A DNA stretch of 49,772 bases from a virus (Duplodnaviria > Caudoviricetes), in the IMG/VR virus record IMGVR_UViG_3300020042_013092, positions 1-49,772 of that record. One strand, written 5' to 3'. The notes beneath the pieces are model-generated. The model saw only the letters and a list, made by a program, of their open reading frames with translations, ran no database searches and was not told where the DNA came from. The translations under genes were made by a program, and so were the position numbers. This document shows positions 43,884 through 49,772 of the stretch, one piece after another (the stretch's first letter is position 1; every line of letters starts with the position of its first letter).

Positions 43884-46702
43884 TACCTGGGTCAGCTAGC
43901 CCGTTTTTTCTTGGTTCTTCTCTAGCCGCCGCTAGTGCTGGGGTTTCGGCAGAAAGATCGCTGAGATTCAACAGTAGTGACAGTGCCTACTTGTCTCGGA
44001 CCCCGGCAGTAGCGGGGAATAGGCGGACGTGGACGTGGGCTGGATGGGTGAAGGCGTGCAGATTTGCTAGCGGAGCGGATCAATATATTCTGTCCGCTTA
44101 CATAGGAGGTAGCACTCAGCTTGGATATTTCGATCTGCGTTATCAACCCTCTGCGGGCAACTTTCGAATTGGAGGTTACAACTCTGCCTGGCGTTCCACC
44201 TCAGCATATTTTAGAGATACTTCTGCTTGGTTTCACATTGTTATGGTTTGGGATACTACACAAGGTACTGCAAGCAACAGAGTAAAACTATATATCAATG
44301 GGGTGCAACTTACTGATTTTACCAGTTCACTTGACCCAGCTCTTAATGATGAAACTGCCGTAAATGCTACATTTGCACATTCTATGGGCGTTACATCTGA
44401 TATTTACCTCGCCAACGTCCACTTAGTAGACGGCCAAGCACTTACCCCCAGCAGTTTCACAGAAACCGATGCCACTACTGGGCAACTAATACCAAAAACA
44501 TACACCGGCAGTTATGGCACAAATGGCTTCAATCTTTTGTTCGCTGATAACTCCAGCAACACTGCCAGCACATTAGGGAAGGACACTAGTGGCAACAGTA
44601 ATAACTGGACGCCGGTGAATCTAACTGCAACAGCACCTGTTTACACGTACAGCAGTGGCTGGACTGCTAATTTACTCCCCGGATTCCCTGCGACTAATGT
44701 CTTTAATGGCACCGGCACGAGCTTAACTATCGGAGGCACTAGTGTCATATCAACTTGGACTGCTCCAACACCGCTTTCTTTTACAACATTAATTATTACT
44801 GGCTCTCTTGATTCTCCTAATCAAAAAATAATTATTAATGGCATAGACAGATCATCTTTATTTACTAGCAGTGTAACTACAGTTACTGTAACAGGGGTTA
44901 GTTCCCCCTTGTCAACTATCGCACTGGACAACACAAATGGGGGAGGAAATGCAAGAATATCTCAGGTTGCTATTGATGGAGATAGATTAGTAGACGGGAG
45001 ACCATTCAAGGCCAGCGGCATAGACAGCCTCGTTGATTCACCCACTAATTATGGGACCGACACCGGCGTGGGTGGTGAGGTGAGGGGAAATTACTGCACC
45101 TTTAATCCTTTGGCAATTTTTGGTGGCACAAACGCCACTAAGTCTTATGGCAACGGCAATCTGGAGATGACAGCCACTTCTTCTAGCAACGTACCTACAG
45201 TCGTTGGGACTATTGCTGCAACATCGGGTAAGTGGTATGCCGAAGTAACTGCAGGACACACAACGAATGGAATTGGGTTTGTTAACGCTGCAAATTTGCA
45301 GGTTGTAGCCGAGTCTTCGTATGGTCTTGGAACTCCTGTAGATGGCTGGATACGTTATGACAATAGAGTATTTAATAATTCCACAACTTTGCAGAGTGGG
45401 TTGACGACTATTGCAACCAATAACATTGTTCAGATTGCACTAGATCTTGACAATGGGAAATTTTGGTTTGGTATCAACAATACCTGGGATTCAGGAAATC
45501 CTGCTACGGGAACCAGTCCTACCGCGACATTTACCGCCAGCAGCAAAGCATGGCTCATTGGAACCCAATTTAGAAATGATGGCGTTTCTGTAACGACAAC
45601 ACTAAACGCCGGCCAACGCGCCTTCGCCTACACCGCACCATCAGGCTTCAAGGCACTCTGCACACAGAATCTGCCAGCCCCATTAGTCACGAAGTCTAAT
45701 ACGGTGTTTGATGTTGCGTTATATACCGGTAATGGCAGTACGCAAAATATTACTGGGCTGGGGTTCTCGCCGGATCTGGTATGGATTAAGGCAAGAAGCA
45801 ATACGGCCAATCACGCTTTAATAGATGCAGTACGCGGAGCAAGTCAACAACTTTCTTCGTCTAACACAAGCACCGAAGCAACTGATGCAAATGGTTTAAC
45901 CGCGCTAAATTCCGATGGTTTTTCACTTGGGACTGCAACTGCTGGCTATAGCGTCAATACAAACGCATATACTTACGCCGCTTGGGCCTGGGACGCAGGC
46001 GCCTCAACCGTATCCAACACACAAGGCAGCATCACTAGTCAGGTGCGGGCGAATGCAACGGCTGGTTTTAGCGTGGTGTCGTGGACATCAAACGGCGCAT
46101 CTGGAATTGAGACGGTGGGTACAGGTTTAGGTGTATCACCGGATCTGATCATTGTAAAAAATAGAGATTCAAGCTCCTGGTGGCAGGTATTCCACTCGTC
46201 GTTTAGCAATACAGCCTCTGATTATTTATTATTAAATACAACTGATGCAAAGACTACGTCTGGCGCTACTATTTGGACCAGAAGTTCAACAACGTTTGGT
46301 TTTAGGCAGACTTCTATTTTCGTCAACGGAGAAAAAGGAATTGCTTACTGCTTCGCCGCAGTAGTCGGCTACAGCAGCTTTGGATCGTATACCGGTAATG
46401 GCAGTACAGATGGGCCGTTTGTTTATACCGGGTTTAGACCGAGGTGGGTGATGACGAAAAGAACAAATACGACAGGCGAATGGTGGATTTCAGATGCAGC
46501 TAGAGATACTTACAACGCTGCTTCAACTTTCCTATGGGCGCAAAGTTCTAACGCAGAATCTAGTTCATCTTCGTATGATTACGATATTCTATCTAACGGA
46601 TTTAAGTTAAAAACAACCTATGCCGACAGGAATGGTTCGGGGAGTACTTTCATCTACGTAGCCTTCGCCGAAGCGCCATTTAATTACTCAAGAGCGCGGT
46701 AG
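43880..46702 (+). CDS. Tail fibre/receptor-binding protein (LamG/ConA-like + SPRY-like + C-terminal beta domains)
   Basis: RSLRFNSSDSAYLSRT, WFHIV..WDTT, SGKWYAEV, IALDLDNGKFWFG, YTGNG..., GFSPDLVWIKAR, YVAFAEAPF; GTGA overlap with the upstream gene. Confidence 0.85.
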   Translation: MIPGSASPFFLGSSLAAASAGVSAERSLRFNSSDSAYLSRTPAVAGNRRTWTWAGWVKACRFASGADQYILSAYIGGSTQLGYFDLRYQPSAGNFRIGGYNSAWRSTSAYFRDTSAWFHIVMVWDTTQGTASNRVKLYINGVQLTDFTSSLDPALNDETAVNATFAHSMGVTSDIYLANVHLVDGQALTPSSFTETDATTGQLIPKTYTGSYGTNGFNLLFADNSSNTASTLGKDTSGNSNNWTPVNLTATAPVYTYSSGWTANLLPGFPATNVFNGTGTSLTIGGTSVISTWTAPTPLSFTTLIITGSLDSPNQKIIINGIDRSSLFTSSVTTVTVTGVSSPLSTIALDNTNGGGNARISQVAIDGDRLVDGRPFKASGIDSLVDSPTNYGTDTGVGGEVRGNYCTFNPLAIFGGTNATKSYGNGNLEMTATSSSNVPTVVGTIAATSGKWYAEVTAGHTTNGIGFVNAANLQVVAESSYGLGTPVDGWIRYDNRVFNNSTTLQSGLTTIATNNIVQIALDLDNGKFWFGINNTWDSGNPATGTSPTATFTASSKAWLIGTQFRNDGVSVTTTLNAGQRAFAYTAPSGFKALCTQNLPAPLVTKSNTVFDVALYTGNGSTQNITGLGFSPDLVWIKARSNTANHALIDAVRGASQQLSSSNTSTEATDANGLTALNSDGFSLGTATAGYSVNTNAYTYAAWAWDAGASTVSNTQGSITSQVRANATAGFSVVSWTSNGASGIETVGTGLGVSPDLIIVKNRDSSSWWQVFHSSFSNTASDYLLLNTTDAKTTSGATIWTRSSTTFGFRQTSIFVNGEKGIAYCFAAVVGYSSFGSYTGNGSTDGPFVYTGFRPRWVMTKRTNTTGEWWISDAARDTYNAASTFLWAQSSNAESSSSSYDYDILSNGFKLKTTYADRNGSGSTFIYVAFAEAPFNYSRAR

Positions 46703-46703
46703 C

Positions 46704-46992
46704 CCACTAGAGGACACGTCTTCTAACCCGTGGAAATCGACGGGTTTACAACCATTTTCGTGACGTAACAAATATGGTAGGGTGGCGAGTGTTCACCAAG
46801 TTGGACAGTACCTGGCGCAGTGTTCAACTTACTGAACATAATGTTTTTGCTACCAGGCATTATCAGTAGTCCCGCACACTACGAGTTATGAGCACGTCCG
46901 TATTTTGTCGTTAACGGATTGGCATTTCGTGGTCCACAAGATTGCTAGGTGCTAATCCGTGATCCACAAAACCGATAAGTCAACGCCACTAG
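46704..46992. other. Palindrome-dense non-coding element bounded by CCACTAG direct repeats
   Basis: At least six imperfect hairpins in about 290 bp (see findings). Confidence 0.6.
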
Positions 46993-47027
46993 CTAGTTAC
47001 GCATTTTTAGAATTTACTAAAAAAAGT

Positions 47028-47044
47028 CTATACTTAGTAAAGAA
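47028..47044 (+). promoter_or_regulatory. Promoter-like 17-mer CTATACTTAGTAAAGAA (copy 2)
   Basis: Exact copy of 34347-34363, upstream of the TTG start at 47058. Confidence 0.7.
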
Positions 47045-47057
47045 AAACTTAGTTTAA

Positions 47058-48086
47058 TTGGCTGTTCAACCCAATGTTTTTTTGAACGAGTATCTTGGTC
47101 CGATCCAAGAGTCGGAGGAAGGATCGTTTAGTTACAATCCAAGAGTAGAGGAATATGAGGATGTTGCGAATCTAGGTATTATTAAACAACTTTTCGACAA
47201 GGCCCGCCGTGGTTACGGACAAGTAGATAAAAATGTTTTTGGCGGTTTATTGCCAGGTGGAGCAGCCACACCAATTGGTGCTGGATTTCAAGGAGTTAGA
47301 GAAGTTAGAGGACGTGCTCCGCTTCCTACGGAGTTAACTAGACAAACCGCTTCTGTAATAGATGCAATTTCTGGTCGTATTGCGGGAGCTCAACCTGTTG
47401 TTGAAAGTATTGTAAAAGGGTTACCGGGTCCTGTACGTACAGGTTTGTCTGCTGGACTTAATCAGGTTCCCTTTAGTGCTAATTTATTTGCAAGATATTA
47501 TACTGGCCTGGGTAACGAAGGTTTGCAAGTACCCAAAGATATAACTAATGCTATTTCTCAACAATTAAATGAACCGGGGTATAGATCAGGTGTTCTAGAT
47601 GATTTACGGGGAGAAAGAGAACTTATTATGCGAAACCTAAACGACAAGTCTTTTTTTCCTTCTCTCGAGTATCTGGCTGAAGTAAATAGTAATATAAAAA
47701 AAGTAGAGCAAGGTATTTACCCTTATAACCCATATTTTACACGCGACGGAGGACCTAGTAGTGGTAATAATCCTCTTACTTCCCCTTCAACTTCTGTTGG
47801 ACGAGCGTGGATAAAACCAAAAGATGGAGGTAGTTTTGAAGGTACAGACAAGTATAATTTTGCGTATGTAGATGCTGATAAAGTTGACAAAATAATGTCG
47901 CCCCCAGGTACAGGCCCAGATTACCTCCCACCTTCTAAACTTCAAGCTCTCAAAGCTGCTGGGTACAATCCTTATTCAATTCCTAATTCACAAGGGGACG
48001 TAACAGTTAATCCTATTGTAGAGTTCTTAAGAGGAGTAGTTATGCAAATGCCAGACAAATCGTTTTCTTACGATATAAAGAAATAA
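47058..48086 (+). CDS. Hypothetical protein, putative internal virion protein
   Basis: 342 aa, TTG start; FLNEYL and RIAG motifs. Confidence 0.7.
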   Translation: MAVQPNVFLNEYLGPIQESEEGSFSYNPRVEEYEDVANLGIIKQLFDKARRGYGQVDKNVFGGLLPGGAATPIGAGFQGVREVRGRAPLPTELTRQTASVIDAISGRIAGAQPVVESIVKGLPGPVRTGLSAGLNQVPFSANLFARYYTGLGNEGLQVPKDITNAISQQLNEPGYRSGVLDDLRGERELIMRNLNDKSFFPSLEYLAEVNSNIKKVEQGIYPYNPYFTRDGGPSSGNNPLTSPSTSVGRAWIKPKDGGSFEGTDKYNFAYVDADKVDKIMSPPGTGPDYLPPSKLQALKAAGYNPYSIPNSQGDVTVNPIVEFLRGVVMQMPDKSFSYDIKK

Positions 48087-48175
48087 GGGTCCGGGTGCAC
48101 TGATTAGTCCGGTCAACTTCTAAGTTATTTCAAATTTTAGAGTGTGCGGTAAAATAAGGCTTCTTATCCCAAACT

Positions 48176-48364
48176 ATGAAACCAAAGTTTCTTATCATAC
48201 TGGACCAAGCAATTAACGAGGGCGTGCTCCGTGGGTACAGAAGGGCACTTAAACATGACGAAAACCCGAGTGAAGAACGTATATGTGAAACGATTGAAGA
48301 ATGTGTGTTAGGTTCTCTCTATGAGTATTTTGATTTTGATGAGGAGAGGCAGCTCCCTTTTTAG
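48176..48364 (+). CDS. Small hypothetical protein
   Basis: ILDQAINEGVLRGYRRALKH...EYFDF; upstream TAAAAT. Confidence 0.7.
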   Translation: MKPKFLIILDQAINEGVLRGYRRALKHDENPSEERICETIEECVLGSLYEYFDFDEERQLPF

Positions 48365-48398
48365 AAATCAGCAAAAACCGTTTTTAAGAGGTGTTTGA

Positions 48399-48731
48399 AT
48401 GAAAAGAGTCTGTAACTACTGTAAAAAAACACAGCCCCTTAATAAAAAACATTTTCAAATAGTTAAAATATTTAAACAAGGCTTTTCTTTTATGTGTCTT
48501 GATTGTGACGAAAAGTCGAAAAAACCAAGGCCCATAGATAAAAAAGAAGATAAGTTTTTACACGAAAAAGTAGAGATCAAACTACAACATAAAGATATTA
48601 TTGAAATTGTTGGTATTCTTAGTTATTACAAGGGAGAATTACAATCTGCTGAAGATTACGATATACCCACTCACGGGCTCGATAAAATTATAAACAAGCT
48701 CAACAAACAGCTTGAGGCAAGAACTGTCTGA
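48399..48731 (+). CDS. Zn-finger hypothetical protein
   Basis: CNYC...CLDC; GAGGTG RBS. Confidence 0.65.
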   Translation: MKRVCNYCKKTQPLNKKHFQIVKIFKQGFSFMCLDCDEKSKKPRPIDKKEDKFLHEKVEIKLQHKDIIEIVGILSYYKGELQSAEDYDIPTHGLDKIINKLNKQLEARTV

Positions 48732-48797
48732 CGAGTTGTAAGCGAAACTTATGTATCGAAGAAGGTTAGAATGTAAGCAGTGACATCAATACCATAA

Positions 48798-49586
48798 GTG
48801 GCTACAGATCTGGATGTTTATTTAAATATTCTTGCGGATCCTACAGATTGGTGGAATAAAGGAAGAGACGTAAGAGTTTCTGACGAAAGTAATGCGTCGT
48901 GGGGAGAGTTGCTACGCGACGACAGAAATCAACTTACCCGAACTGATGCATCATTTGAAGCAGGGGCAACTGGTCTTGAGGGATTGAGGCCATTTAAAGC
49001 ATTTAGTCCAAGAATGCTAGAAACTGGACCGACACCTGCAGTAAGACAAGCATTCGAACGTCCGGTGCGAGCTGTATCAAGAAATCCGGCATCTTTGTTG
49101 CCTGGTGCTGCTGATTTAATTCCAAGTCCAGAAGCAATTCAAACAGGGTACGAGCAAGGACCTGCCGCAATGGGTCAACAGATGGGCTTCGAATTCGTTC
49201 GAAGTTTACCCACTGGAGCAGCTTTTGCTGCAGCTTTATCTACTCCTGTTTTAGCTCCTCTTGCCCCCGGTATAGGTGCAGGTTTAGTTGGATCAGCTGC
49301 AATTAGAGCTGCAAATGAAGTTGTCCGACAAGAAACAGGAGAAGGTATAGTACCCAAAATACGTCAATTTATTGGAACGGAACCTCGCACAGGAATCTCT
49401 GCTAGACCACGTGATGTAGAACGTCCTTTATATGCTCAAGTAACACGAACAAGTCCGGCTTCTGTAAAAGAATCACAAAGAATGGCTAACCGTAACGAAC
49501 TACAGCAACGCATAGATTTAATGAGGGAACGATTTAACCCACGTAAAGGTGAATTTGGCTTATCCGAACTGTTATTTGGACGTTAA
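48798..49586 (+). CDS. Stand-alone paralog of the C-terminal domain of 308..3655
   Basis: Colinear similarity from WWNKGRD to GLSEL. Confidence 0.8.
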   Translation: MATDLDVYLNILADPTDWWNKGRDVRVSDESNASWGELLRDDRNQLTRTDASFEAGATGLEGLRPFKAFSPRMLETGPTPAVRQAFERPVRAVSRNPASLLPGAADLIPSPEAIQTGYEQGPAAMGQQMGFEFVRSLPTGAAFAAALSTPVLAPLAPGIGAGLVGSAAIRAANEVVRQETGEGIVPKIRQFIGTEPRTGISARPRDVERPLYAQVTRTSPASVKESQRMANRNELQQRIDLMRERFNPRKGEFGLSELLFGR

Positions 49587-49588
49587 TT

Positions 49589-49772
49589 ATGCCTAATTGG
49601 CTTTGGCGAGCGATACTTGCGACAGCAGCATCAATTATGTTGTTAAGCATTTCTCAATGGGCTGCTTGTAGATTTTATGTTTTTCCAACCGCGTGGCCTT
49701 GGTACGCTAAATATGTAGGCACTCCGGAAGGTAAAGCTATTGAAGCCCAACCAACTTGCGCTGACAGCGACA
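49589..49772 (+). CDS. Partial membrane protein running off the window end
   Basis: Manual translation: MPNWLWRAILATAASIMLLSISQWAACRFYVFPTAWPWYAKY..., with an N-terminal hydrophobic helix. Confidence 0.55.
   Translation, partial: MPNWLWRAILATAASIMLLSISQWAACRFYVFPTAWPWYAKYVGTPEGKAIEAQPTCADSD

Noticed and set aside
46704-46992. CRISPR mini-array or tRNA after the tail fibre
   Set aside because: The palindromes differ from each other, there is no constant repeat-spacer period, and no cloverleaf with a GTTC(G/A)A T-arm and acceptor stem could be built.
534-49357. Numerous 60-140 aa antisense or alternate-frame ORFs nested in long genes (e.g. 534-773, 10363-10788, 24654-24965, 25591-26156, 45038-46130)
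   Set aside because: They lie almost entirely within well-supported genes and show no motifs or translation signals; treated as shadow ORFs.
2918-49586. Duplicated segments near both window ends as terminal repeats or a DGR template/variable pair
   Set aside because: The copies are diverged with largely synonymous changes not restricted to adenines, both are intact ORFs, and no reverse transcriptase is present in the window.
308-49586. Alternative genetic code or stop-codon readthrough
   Set aside because: Terminase, portal, capsid and fibre genes are full length under the standard code, and TAA, TAG and TGA all terminate genes.

Overview
Gene-dense, AT-rich fragment of a tailed dsDNA phage genome (Caudoviricetes), most likely a cyanophage. 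The host inference rests on an NblA-like gene, a Dps gene, cyanophage-style tail-fibre domains, few Shine-Dalgarno sites and -10-only promoter-like hexamers. The window holds the packaging and head module (large terminase 14496-16016, SPP1-like portal 19844-22075, putative scaffold, major capsid 24072-25187, decoration protein, adaptor-like protein) and a tail-fibre cluster (40852-46702). It also has many low-complexity ORFans resembling internal/ejection proteins, a lysozyme-M23 fusion, and a minus-strand block of small DNA-binding or degenerate nuclease/methylase genes. A glycan-modification set (GT2-like, GT4, GT17-like, another GT-A-like enzyme, a GH130-like propeller, two SAM methyltransferases) is interleaved with the packaging genes. 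No integrase, polymerase, tape measure, sheath, tRNA or CRISPR array was recognised. Strongest leads: (1) a putative virion O-glycosylation system with Ser-Gly-rich accessory structural proteins as acceptors; (2) a recurring R-[MLFI]-A-G tag, plus an FLxxY motif, in unrelated ORFan proteins; (3) a structured ncRNA candidate at about 38001-38135; (4) a palindrome-dense element after the tail fibre; (5) a 503-bp portal/scaffold dual-coding overlap; (6) a split DUF5872-like gene interrupted by a HiPIP-like ORF. All family calls are from motif recognition by eye, not database searches.
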